From positions 11,909-75,908 of the IMG/VR virus record IMGVR_UViG_3300021364_000012: DNA of 64,000 bases; one strand, written 5' to 3'. Under the pieces are notes generated by a model, which saw only the letters and a list, made by a program, of their open reading frames with translations, was not told where the DNA came from and ran no database searches. Every line of letters begins with the position of its first letter. The first letter of the stretch is position 1. This DNA comes from a virus. Positions 49,617 to 58,459 of the stretch are shown piece by piece. The translations under genes were made by a program, and so were the position numbers.

Positions 49617-50473
49617 TTCCTACCTCTCTTCTTAGGTTTCTTTTCCTCTTTTTGATTAAAAATATATTCTATGAAAGCGTCATACTCAGGCATGTAATAA
49701 GGAAGACCAATCCAAGTCCTCACCATTGGTCTCAAAGACATTTGAAATAAAAAATAGAGAATAAAAACAAGCTCAACTATGGCAAGTCTCCAAATAAACC
49801 ACCAAAACCAATCCAACAACTTACGATCTCTAGCTCTTTTCTTTATATACTTCGGACCTCCAAGTCTTTTGACTTTCTCTGAACCTGGAGGAGGCTGTAG
49901 CGATTCGATGGTTTGCCCTACCGCATATATTTCTTGAGGTGAAGAAACGCCCTTAAATTTATACATGCCTACACAGACATATCTTGTGTTTTTTGGTGTG
50001 AACTGATTTGTTCTATTTCTTATAACTTGAAAAGCCTCTTTAGTCAGAAGAACCTGACCTGCTTGACATAAAGACATAGTTCGAGCGGCGATATTCTTAG
50101 AAAGACCCTCCAACTCAACTCTCTTAGCTCCCACACCAACATAAAGATCATCTTGCTGTACTTCTATGACTTTCCCCCAATGAACTCCAATCCTTGTGTT
50201 CAGCTTAACTTTTTTAGGGATTGTTTCTTGGTACGCCAAAGCGAAATTTACTGCGTCTATTACTCTTTCAAAAGAAAGAAGAAAACCGTCAGACCTGTCT
50301 ATTTCTCTACCATCATACTTATATACAAGAGAGCGAGCGAGTCGATCATGGACTTGAAACCACTGTGCGGCAACCTTTGCACCTGCTCTTTGAACAAATG
50401 CGGTAGAGCCAATTATGTCTAAAAGAACAATCGCTAAGTATCGCTCTTTCATTACTATTCCATGATGTGACAT
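49613..50473 (-). CDS. Class III nucleotidyl (adenylate/guanylate) cyclase with C-terminal TM anchor
   Basis: LLDIIGST, GREIDRSDGFLL, RIGVHWG, GLSKNIAAR, GQVLLT, YKFKGV; hydrophobic WFWWFIWRLAIVELVFILYFLF. Confidence 0.85.
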   Translation of the reverse strand: MSHHGIVMKERYLAIVLLDIIGSTAFVQRAGAKVAAQWFQVHDRLARSLVYKYDGREIDRSDGFLLSFERVIDAVNFALAYQETIPKKVKLNTRIGVHWGKVIEVQQDDLYVGVGAKRVELEGLSKNIAARTMSLCQAGQVLLTKEAFQVIRNRTNQFTPKNTRYVCVGMYKFKGVSSPQEIYAVGQTIESLQPPPGSEKVKRLGGPKYIKKRARDRKLLDWFWWFIWRLAIVELVFILYFLFQMSLRPMVRTWIGLPYYMPEYDAFIEYIFNQKEEKKPKKRGRK

Positions 50474-50529
50474 TTCTCATCTCAACTTAATACAAGAGCA
50501 ATCTCCCCTTCAGACATGAAAGAAATAGC

Positions 50530-51069
50530 TTAAACTTTAAGAGGATTCCCATCGTCGTCAAAAAGACGCTCAATGTCGTATGTGCCGTCTTCCGCCAACT
50601 TAACCGTCCAAAGGTCTTTCGTTGACTTGTGTACAAGATCACCCGACTGTGCTCCTGTCAGCATTGTATTAGACAAGAGGGAAGGACCTGAGAGAACGAT
50701 GAAATCTTCAAGACCTGCTACTTTTTTAGAAGCAATTCTTAAGAAATCAGGAGATACGCAATGCACCTTATCTCCCTTACCATCCCACTGAATGAAGATA
50801 CCCTTCTCAAAATGAGTAACCTCTCCACTTGCAGTCCTCACTTTGACTACAGTCCCTTTAGTACCAGAAATAGGAAGATCGTTCGGGATCAGTAGACCAT
50901 TGTTCGTGTTAGCTACAACACGAACACCCTCTACAAAATCTTTTACTTTTTCTGAACTCAACTTCTCTCTTGTTCGGTCTACTAAAGCACTAACACTTGG
51001 CGTATTAAGACACTCATCCAAGCTAGATGTTTTAGAACTTGAAAAAGAAAAATCATCTATAAAGCTCAT
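50530..51069 (-). CDS. Hypothetical virion-associated protein
   Basis: 179 aa; RTASG, RIASKKVAG, LVHKSTKDLW; AAGGAG RBS. Confidence 0.65.
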   Translation of the reverse strand: MSFIDDFSFSSSKTSSLDECLNTPSVSALVDRTREKLSSEKVKDFVEGVRVVANTNNGLLIPNDLPISGTKGTVVKVRTASGEVTHFEKGIFIQWDGKGDKVHCVSPDFLRIASKKVAGLEDFIVLSGPSLLSNTMLTGAQSGDLVHKSTKDLWTVKLAEDGTYDIERLFDDDGNPLKV

Positions 51070-51144
51070 AGTGGTTACTCCTTGTACTTCTTATATGTAT
51101 AAGAAAAGTGAAATATAAAAAAACAAAAGAAAAGGAAGTGGACA

Positions 51145-52089
51145 ATGTTGTCGTGGGACACAAAAGAGATATTTCTAAATAAGGTCAAATCAAAAGGCGG
51201 TTTTGCTTGTCACCACGCACATTTCGACAAGGCATATCTCATCAATGAAGAAGCTCTGGAAATATCCCAAAGCTCCTTACAAGAAAAATGGAAACTCTAT
51301 CGGAAGTATAAGTCTGAGTACACAGAAGAAGACTTAGAAAGAAGAATGACCCTGTGCATAGAGAATATGATCTCTCAAGGTGCTAAATACTGTAAGACTT
51401 TTGTGGATGCAGATTCTATTGTGGGACTATTACCCGTAAAAGTAATGTCTTCTTTGAAAGAGAAATACAAAGAACAGATAAAGCTAGAAATCGCAATACA
51501 GCCCTTAGAGGGAGTCCTTAACCCTAAGACTCAAAAAACATTTATTGATGCGTGTGAGATTGCAGATGTTATTGGCGGTCTCCCCGACAGAGACGAAAAC
51601 CCAAGACAACACGTCGATTTCTTAATGGGACTTTCTAAAGAAATGAACAAGCCCATTGACATCCATGTAGGTCAAAACAACATCCCTTCAGAACAAGAAA
51701 CAGAGATGGTAGTGGATCGGATAACCTACCACCGATTAGAAGGAAGAGTTAATTTAGTACATGCGATTTCTCTTTCCTGTCAGCCTAAAAGAGACAGAGA
51801 AAGAATCATTTCTAAATTAAGAGACACAAATACAAGCGTTATTGTCTGTCCCTCAGCGGCTCTTAGTATGAAACAACAATCTGAGAAATATGCTCCAATA
51901 CACAACTCAATAGCTCCTGTAATGGAGCTATTGGAGCAGGATGTGAATGTACTACTCGGAGTAGATAACATCCACGATCTCTTCATGCCTCTAGTAGATG
52001 GAGACCTCTACTTCGAGAGTCGCCTACTCATGGAAGCAATAAGATACTATGACTTAGATAAAATAGCAGAAATAGTATCTAAGTCTTAA
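51145..52089 (+). CDS. Amidohydrolase-superfamily deaminase (cytosine deaminase CodA-like)
   Basis: HAHFDKA (HxH), DIHVG, HAISL, CPSA, GVDNIHD.FMP. Confidence 0.75.
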   Translation: MLSWDTKEIFLNKVKSKGGFACHHAHFDKAYLINEEALEISQSSLQEKWKLYRKYKSEYTEEDLERRMTLCIENMISQGAKYCKTFVDADSIVGLLPVKVMSSLKEKYKEQIKLEIAIQPLEGVLNPKTQKTFIDACEIADVIGGLPDRDENPRQHVDFLMGLSKEMNKPIDIHVGQNNIPSEQETEMVVDRITYHRLEGRVNLVHAISLSCQPKRDRERIISKLRDTNTSVIVCPSAALSMKQQSEKYAPIHNSIAPVMELLEQDVNVLLGVDNIHDLFMPLVDGDLYFESRLLMEAIRYYDLDKIAEIVSKS

Positions 52090-52916
52090 GCCAAAGGCTT
52101 ATCTGATAGCATATGAGTAGTAATGACGTTCAAAGACGTAGAGTCTCTACCCTCTGAGGTAAACTTAAACTTAGCTCCATTACCTGCTGAACCTGCAAAC
52201 TTCACAAAAAGAGTTTTCGTAGATGCAGGTCTACCTGAAGAAACAAAGGTCAACTCTGCCATATTGCTCTGCATGTCTAAAGCAGAAGAAGACATACTCC
52301 AACGCACCTTAGATTTATCTTTTAGAAGAGAAGCGACTTCTTTCCCCAACTTAGTAGTATCGGGAACAACAAGTGCGACAGGGATTTCAAATTTCAAGCT
52401 AGATCGTCCTGAGAATTCATAGACAGGACGAATAGGTGCAACCTCTGTGCCTGAGAGACGAGCCTGTTCAAATTCAGACTTCTCCGCATCTGCAACTTTA
52501 ACCAAGAAAGAAACAGCAGTTGCCAAGTTCTTCTGCTCATAAACCTGAGAACCAGTTGTTACCATAGTCTTAAAGCTTCGAGAAGAATTCCCCGTACCTT
52601 GGTGCTTAACTACCAAAACTTCTTGCTCAAATCGACTGTTTGCAAGGTCATTATGTTTACAAATGATAACCGTCTGAAGAGAGTCGGCTGAATGTCCGAT
52701 TGTAACAGTCCATTTTCTTTTAGAGCTATCTACAGACTTCAAAATCTTTGCGACAACTGCACGAAGTCTCTCTTTATCTGGAATTGCATTAAGAGTGACA
52801 GAAGACATCATCAGCTTCTTGCTTGCAAGACGAGTCTCACCGCCAAATTCAACTTCGCCCTCTAATCTCTCAAGACGGGCAATTCTCATCATCAAATTTC
52901 GGATTCTGTTTTCCAT
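52086..52916 (-). CDS. Hypothetical protein with tandem duplicated domain
   Basis: IPDKERLRAVVAKIL..KRKW / VPDTTKLGKEVASLL..KVRW; GGAG RBS before ATG 52916. Confidence 0.65.
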   Translation of the reverse strand: MENRIRNLMMRIARLERLEGEVEFGGETRLASKKLMMSSVTLNAIPDKERLRAVVAKILKSVDSSKRKWTVTIGHSADSLQTVIICKHNDLANSRFEQEVLVVKHQGTGNSSRSFKTMVTTGSQVYEQKNLATAVSFLVKVADAEKSEFEQARLSGTEVAPIRPVYEFSGRSSLKFEIPVALVVPDTTKLGKEVASLLKDKSKVRWSMSSSALDMQSNMAELTFVSSGRPASTKTLFVKFAGSAGNGAKFKFTSEGRDSTSLNVITTHMLSDKPLA

Positions 52917-52974
52917 TTTAGGTCTCCACAACAAAGGATAAAACACATACTAGAAAACAGATATAAAAAAACAA

Positions 52975-53006
52975 AAAACCCGTACTCTCACTAAGAGTAC
53001 GGGTTT
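52975..53006 (-). terminator. Rho-independent terminator
   Basis: AAACCCGTACTCT...AGAGTACGGGTTTTTTGTTTT on minus strand. Confidence 0.85.
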
Positions 53007-53106
53007 AGGTTTGTACAGTTAGTACAAACCTAACTCCTCCCCCGTTGTCCAACAACGCTTACCTTTACACCCACAGTAAAAAGAAGTAGATCGAGGGAGG
53101 AGTTAG
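53007..53106 (-). ncRNA. Candidate structured RNA / 3'UTR element
   Basis: 12-bp closing stem CTAACTCCTCCC/GGGAGGAGTTAG with two internal hairpins, plus AGGTTTGTAC/GTACAAACCT hairpin. Confidence 0.35.
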
Positions 53107-53119
53107 CCTGTTTTATTTA

Positions 53120-53833
53120 TCAACCAAGAACATCGTCAAGAATGTCATCAGCGTCAATAGAGGAGCTAGAGAAACCTGCATTGTCTCCAATCGGTGAACC
53201 AACCTCACCACTCAGCTTCTCACGGATTTCTTCGAGAGTAAGGTCTTGAGCAATATCAGTCCAAACCCCATCGTAAACATCCTTAACCTCAGATGCGATA
53301 CTCTTGAAAAGGCTATCGTCCTTCTTTGAGATCGTTTGGTACAGAGACTCACGACAAGCCACAAAGTTCATCTTGTGATACTGCTCGTCTAAAACAGAAA
53401 TCTTAATGTCATAGAGAGCGAGACTCCCCTCAGAGTGGATTTCAATGAGCTGATTGTATTTGTCAGCACTCATAGGATAATACTTAACTTCAAACTCGCC
53501 ATTCTTGAGACGATCTTTGTCGAGCTGTCCGTTAGAGTCTGTAGGCCAAAAGATAAGTACAAAAGGAATCTTCTCTTGGGGCTTAGTCGCACCTGCAACC
53601 TTCAAGTACTCACTCTTAGGAGAGTTGCAGTAGAAAGAACCAACCCCTTGTCGATAAAGAATTTGAACCTTACGGCAGTCGGGGATTGCTGACTCTGAGA
53701 ATTCTGGTGAAAGATTCTCCCAACCTTGAATGTTTCCAACAGAAACACGATACTTACCCTTCTTTGGCTTCCACTTTGTTGTGGTGAATTTTGAGAGAGG
53801 GCGAGAGAAATCAAGTTTTTCAAAGCTTGGCAT
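53120..53833 (-). CDS. Putative single-stranded DNA-binding protein
   Basis: 237 aa, aromatic-rich core, acidic C-terminal tail (IDADDILDDVLG), strong AAGGAGG RBS, in replication cluster. Confidence 0.55.
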   Translation of the reverse strand: MPSFEKLDFSRPLSKFTTTKWKPKKGKYRVSVGNIQGWENLSPEFSESAIPDCRKVQILYRQGVGSFYCNSPKSEYLKVAGATKPQEKIPFVLIFWPTDSNGQLDKDRLKNGEFEVKYYPMSADKYNQLIEIHSEGSLALYDIKISVLDEQYHKMNFVACRESLYQTISKKDDSLFKSIASEVKDVYDGVWTDIAQDLTLEEIREKLSGEVGSPIGDNAGFSSSSIDADDILDDVLG

Positions 53834-53970
53834 TGTGCCTCCTTAAATCGCTTTGGTTTGTGTGGTTGTGAGTGGAAAGGAACAGTGTCAACTCTGACTT
53901 AGTTTTGTTCGCCTCACGAAACCCTTATATAGTTTTTCTGAAGTTTTTCTTCTTTTTTTTTACTTTTTTT

Positions 53971-54699
53971 TCAAACGCTGAAGTCATCGAAAAGAGAGTC
54001 AAGGTCAAAGTCCTCTACTTTCTCCTCAACAGACATATCTTCGGTAGGCGTGTTAAGAAATGCGTCTATTTCATCAGAAGAAATAGAAGACCCTTCGACC
54101 TTCTTAAGATTAGACTGTCGTGTAGAGAATATTTCTTCGATAACAGCGTCTTCTTCTCTCAAGGAAGAGTCTGCCTGTATAACAGTCTCACCTGTAATAT
54201 TAACATCTACTTTCACACCCCATCTCTGCCCTAAAGAAATCTGCTCTTGGCAGAGTTTTAGCTGATCTCTAAGCCTACCTTGTATGTCTTTCAAGTCAGC
54301 TCTTTTAGCTTTAATAACTTTCAGAGCATCCTCAAGATCATGGACAGATAGAGTAAGACTGTTAATCGTCTCTTGTTCCGTCATTAAGCGAGTAGACGCA
54401 AGGGCTTCTCTTTCTCCTTGGCTTCTCCCACTACGGACATGGGGGTCAGTCGCCATAAGATTAGTCTGAAGGAGCTTATACTCTGTTTCAGAACGCAACA
54501 AGTCACGCTTGAACTTTGCAAGGTTGTGGGAAACTTCCATGAATATTTTTTCTGTCTGTGACAGTAGTGCTCTCACTTGAGCTATTTTCTTATTCAATCT
54601 CCCCGGACCGTACTCAATTGGATTTACATCCAAAGAAATATCCATAGCCGTAAGAGAACCGTAAATACGGTCAATATACTCAACATCAACGCTCAACAT
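53971..54699 (-). CDS. Coiled-coil protein, possible UvsY-like recombination mediator
   Basis: Long heptad helices, acidic tail (DFDLDSLFDDF); AAGGAG before ATG 54699. Confidence 0.45.
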   Translation of the reverse strand: MLSVDVEYIDRIYGSLTAMDISLDVNPIEYGPGRLNKKIAQVRALLSQTEKIFMEVSHNLAKFKRDLLRSETEYKLLQTNLMATDPHVRSGRSQGEREALASTRLMTEQETINSLTLSVHDLEDALKVIKAKRADLKDIQGRLRDQLKLCQEQISLGQRWGVKVDVNITGETVIQADSSLREEDAVIEEIFSTRQSNLKKVEGSSISSDEIDAFLNTPTEDMSVEEKVEDFDLDSLFDDFSV

Positions 54700-55057
54700 A
54701 TTTCTCCTTGATGATTTGATTGAAGTTACTTGCGATCTTCTTGTTAACAATCCTCATCTGTTCTTCTGAAAGAAGACCCGATGCCGACGCTTGTTCATGT
54801 GCCAAAATGTTTACTTCTTTACCTAAGAGTAGAGAAGCGACTTTCGCATCTTCCAAAGATAGCATTTCCTCTGAAACTGAGTCCTCGTTTGAGCCATAGT
54901 TTGCCGTCATAGAAACAAAGACATCTCCACCTGTTCTCGGACTCTTAACAATACGACTTACTGTGATTTGGCTGATCTTAGCCCCCTCTTTTAGGGAAAT
55001 AAGGTTATCTCTGATTTGATTAATATCCACTTCTGACCCCTTCAAATGTTGTGACAA
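54686..55057 (-). CDS. Hypothetical protein
   Basis: 123-aa ORF in operon. Confidence 0.6.
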   Translation of the reverse strand: MSQHLKGSEVDINQIRDNLISLKEGAKISQITVSRIVKSPRTGGDVFVSMTANYGSNEDSVSEEMLSLEDAKVASLLLGKEVNILAHEQASASGLLSEEQMRIVNKKIASNFNQIIKEKYVER

Positions 55058-55064
55058 TATGTTC

Positions 55065-57143
55065 TTATTGTATATCGTACTTAAGCCGTTTTTTTAGCCC
55101 ACAGAAGTTATTTTGTGTGGTGTTGTTAGAAACAGAGATAGAAATACTCTCTCTATCACCAAAGACATAGACCTTATCCGTAGCTCTAGTGACAGCCGTG
55201 TAATAAAGGCTTCTTTTTAAGAGTGTCTTGCCATGCTCTACCACCATAGGCATCACAACAGTATGATACTCCTGCCCCTGTGCCTTATGCACTGTAGTCG
55301 CATAAGCAAGACGCAGAAGAGAGCTGACTCTATTTCTTGGAATGTTGACAAGTATTTCCTTTTTAGCCCCTTTCAAGATAACCTCAACACCACTCTTAGA
55401 AATATGGTGGATATAACCAATATCCCCATTGAACACATCGAGGTTATAGTCATTTTGTGTGACCATGATGCGATCTCCCTCTCTGATCTCATCTTTGCCC
55501 ACTTTAAGTGTATTCTTGTTAAGAGAACGAGGGTTCAAAGCTGAACGTATTTCTTTATTTAATCGTGTCACGCCAAGAGTGCCGTGGTGTGTAGGACTCA
55601 TGACGTGGAAATCTACCCCGTCGAGCTTAAGTCTCTTACAAAGAGAGACTACTTGCTCTAGGACTAAATAGTTATCATTTATTTGAATGAAGTTATAGTC
55701 CTCACACTCTGAAGGAACTTCCCCCCTATAAATGTTGTGTGCTGAACGCACTACACCACTACCCTCTCCTTGTCGAAATATGTCTTCCAAATGAATTCTA
55801 GGTATCACGTCAGAGTCGATTATTTCTCTCAAGGAAAAACCAGCCCCTACAGGAGGCAACTGTGCTACGTCTCCAACCAAAATAACACGACAAGTAGGAG
55901 AAATACCTCTTAAAAGTCTCCACATAAGATGAAGGTCTACCATAGAGGCTTCATCTACAATCACAACTCCTTCAGGTCGTGTATTCTTAGGATGGTACTT
56001 CCAAAAAGAAGAATAACGCCCCTCGCTATCTTCTTCCAAGTCCTCAGAACCTTCTTCTTTCTTAACACCCTCATAGTCAGAGCTTTTGCTTTTCTCTTGA
56101 GAAGGAATACCCGCCCCAAACGCTCTGTGTATGGTGTAAGCAGGAATTCCTGTGACAGAACTCGCTCTTTTTGCGGCGATACCCGTAGGTGCAACCAATA
56201 ATACCTGCTCCCCTTCCGAAGAAAGAATCTTTACCAAGGTGTTAAGAATTGTGGTCTTACCTGTACCTGGAAGTCCTGTGAGAACTGAAACACCTTCCGT
56301 CAGACCTCTCTTTATTGCAAGGATTTGATCTTTCGTTAGTGCATATCTTGAGTGTGAAGAAATAAATTCGTCAGTTATTTCTTCTTTCAGAGGTTTAGAA
56401 ATATTTGAACGGTTCAAATATTCAGCTACCTCACACTCCATGTTATATAGACGAGGAGAATACAGAATATTCTTACCCTCTTCGTCTTTGTCTACAACAA
56501 GAGTATTCTCCTCTTTCATTTTTTTAACAGAAAGAGCAATGTCTCTGACCTCTACTCCTGTAAGCAAGTTACAATCTCTGAAGACAGTATTCGCATCAAG
56601 ATAAGTATGTCCGTTCTGAAGTCCTTGTTTCAAAGACCAAGAAATACTAGCTTCCACTCTTCTTGGATCACCTATATCAAAGTGATCTAAAAGTTTTTTC
56701 GCAATCTGATCTACCGCTTTGAAAGAAATACCTTTATCTACTAGAAACCAAGGATTCTCTGAAATAATGTCAGGGTTCTTCTCAACATCTCTCCAAATAG
56801 AGTTGATAAGTTTGACACTCGCTCCACTCTCGGAAAGAGTGGAAAATACATGAACACTATTTCTTGCATCTTCTGAAGACCAATCTAACCAAGATGAAGA
56901 CGCAGAACCTTTCAACCACTTTGGATTGATAGGTGTCCTATCTATCTCAATAGCAGGTCTTCCACTCTTATCTCTCGTCTTCTTACCTTTAAAGGTAAAG
57001 ACATAACCTCTCGAAACAGGTCCGGGCACTTCGCCTTTTACTACTTCAGAGTCAATCCCACTTTCATCTGCAACAAGACAACGTAAAATATAAAAAGGAG
57101 GGTTTGCAAACACTACCCCCATTACTTTCGCAGAATAAAACAT
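55065..57143 (-). CDS. recD2: RecD2-like SF1B helicase
   Basis: LTGLPGTGKT, APTGIAAKR, VDEASMVD, GDVAQLPPVG, IFRQ, AYATTVHKAQGQE, YTAVTRA; N-terminal extension. Confidence 0.92.
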   Translation of the reverse strand: MFYSAKVMGVVFANPPFYILRCLVADESGIDSEVVKGEVPGPVSRGYVFTFKGKKTRDKSGRPAIEIDRTPINPKWLKGSASSSWLDWSSEDARNSVHVFSTLSESGASVKLINSIWRDVEKNPDIISENPWFLVDKGISFKAVDQIAKKLLDHFDIGDPRRVEASISWSLKQGLQNGHTYLDANTVFRDCNLLTGVEVRDIALSVKKMKEENTLVVDKDEEGKNILYSPRLYNMECEVAEYLNRSNISKPLKEEITDEFISSHSRYALTKDQILAIKRGLTEGVSVLTGLPGTGKTTILNTLVKILSSEGEQVLLVAPTGIAAKRASSVTGIPAYTIHRAFGAGIPSQEKSKSSDYEGVKKEEGSEDLEEDSEGRYSSFWKYHPKNTRPEGVVIVDEASMVDLHLMWRLLRGISPTCRVILVGDVAQLPPVGAGFSLREIIDSDVIPRIHLEDIFRQGEGSGVVRSAHNIYRGEVPSECEDYNFIQINDNYLVLEQVVSLCKRLKLDGVDFHVMSPTHHGTLGVTRLNKEIRSALNPRSLNKNTLKVGKDEIREGDRIMVTQNDYNLDVFNGDIGYIHHISKSGVEVILKGAKKEILVNIPRNRVSSLLRLAYATTVHKAQGQEYHTVVMPMVVEHGKTLLKRSLYYTAVTRATDKVYVFGDRESISISVSNNTTQNNFCGLKKRLKYDIQ

Positions 57144-57154
57144 ACTTTTTTCTC

Positions 57155-57190
57155 CTATATAAGAGAGACATCTCTACCTCTCTTATATAG
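57155..57190. promoter_or_regulatory. 13-bp inverted repeat abutting the recD2 RBS
   Basis: CTATATAAGAGAG / CTCTCTTATATAG; no downstream U tract on either strand. Confidence 0.5.
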
Positions 57191-57204
57191 AAAAAAAAGT
57201 CTTT

Positions 57205-58389
57205 TTAGAGCTTTTGCAAGCGTTGTTTTCTCAAAACACGTCTGAGAGCGGCCTTTTTCTGCATCTCAGAAGCTGTTCTGTTTGCATCATCCATCATGTT
57301 TTGGAGGTCAATTTCAGTCAGATCAAGTACGTTCTCTTCCATTAAGAACTTCACGATGCTTCGAGCCAAAACACGGGAGCCATTCTTAGACTTTAACACT
57401 CGGTCTATCCAACCTACAAATCTAGCAGAAGCTCTGAAAGCTGGAAGCAAGTCTTCCGCAATTCCTTGAAGAGAAGATCGAGTGATACCCTCACCAGGTC
57501 TAAAGTGGTCGAAGATAGCAGAACGATAAGCTCTACCTAGACTCTCACTATTTCGGATCGCTTCCCCAACCATCTCTGAATAATCAGTCTTATCAGACTG
57601 CATGATAGACTTTACTCTTGAAGAAGAAACACCTTGAGCAAGATTACGGTCTGCTTTGACGATATTTCTATCCGTCAACTTAAGAATCTGACCAAGCATC
57701 TTACCGTGTTTGACGAAGAAACTATTCAAGACCTTATCTACATCAGAGACATCTCCCGACAAAGAAACAATCCCCCTAAGTACTCTGATCTTTTTTGCCA
57801 CACCCTCTTGCTTATGCTTGAATTTCTTCTGTGGGTTAGTAGCTCTCTCTGATTTCTTTTTAGACTCTTCTGAGATTTTAGCCATCTCTTTATTCACTGA
57901 GTCAAATAAGAAATAACCATCTCCATCAAGGAGGTATTTCTTAACCTCATCAAGAAGGTAAGGTAGAGCGTTTGCTCTCAAACCACCCATCAATCTCGCT
58001 AAAGTTCTAGGCTCCGCTTTAAGAAGAGCAATCGCTCTATTTGCGGCATTCTGTCTAGTACTACTATCGTTGACGGTAAAAGCAGAAATAATTCCTGCGT
58101 TCGATTTATCTTCTTGGGCTTTTCTCCAAAGGAAATCTAAAACATTCCTAACATTCAGAGAATCATACATAAGTCCAGGCTTAAACATATGAGAAGCAAA
58201 CTGCTCTGAAAGACAATCGAAACCAGATGCGGTAGCAGGATAGTCGCTAAGAGAGTTGTATTCGCAACTTGAAGGTGAACTAAACCCTTGGTTCTCTAAT
58301 TCTCTGAGAGAAATAGCCTCTCTATACAAAGAAGCTACTCGAATTGCAGGGCTTCTATTTTCAGAAGTCAACTTATTGTCAAAATACAT
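57205..58389 (-). CDS. Hypothetical protein, probable virion-associated
   Basis: 394 aa; IRVASLYREA N-terminal and NRTAS C-terminal motifs; TAGATTATTTAT at 58444-58455. Confidence 0.65.
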   Translation of the reverse strand: MYFDNKLTSENRSPAIRVASLYREAISLRELENQGFSSPSSCEYNSLSDYPATASGFDCLSEQFASHMFKPGLMYDSLNVRNVLDFLWRKAQEDKSNAGIISAFTVNDSSTRQNAANRAIALLKAEPRTLARLMGGLRANALPYLLDEVKKYLLDGDGYFLFDSVNKEMAKISEESKKKSERATNPQKKFKHKQEGVAKKIRVLRGIVSLSGDVSDVDKVLNSFFVKHGKMLGQILKLTDRNIVKADRNLAQGVSSSRVKSIMQSDKTDYSEMVGEAIRNSESLGRAYRSAIFDHFRPGEGITRSSLQGIAEDLLPAFRASARFVGWIDRVLKSKNGSRVLARSIVKFLMEENVLDLTEIDLQNMMDDANRTASEMQKKAALRRVLRKQRLQKL

Positions 58390-58459
58390 AAATCCAACTC
58401 ACTTTCAACGGATAAAAATAATTCACCTTCAAAAATAAGTCAGATAAATAATCTACAAA

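Noticed and set aside
49095-50473. Bona fide Pycsar defence system
   Set aside because: Partner lacks a recognisable cyclic-nucleotide-binding domain and the cyclase has its own TM; kept only as an analogy
53007-53106. Hammerhead ribozyme
   Set aside because: Three-way junction lacks the CUGAnGA and GAAA core
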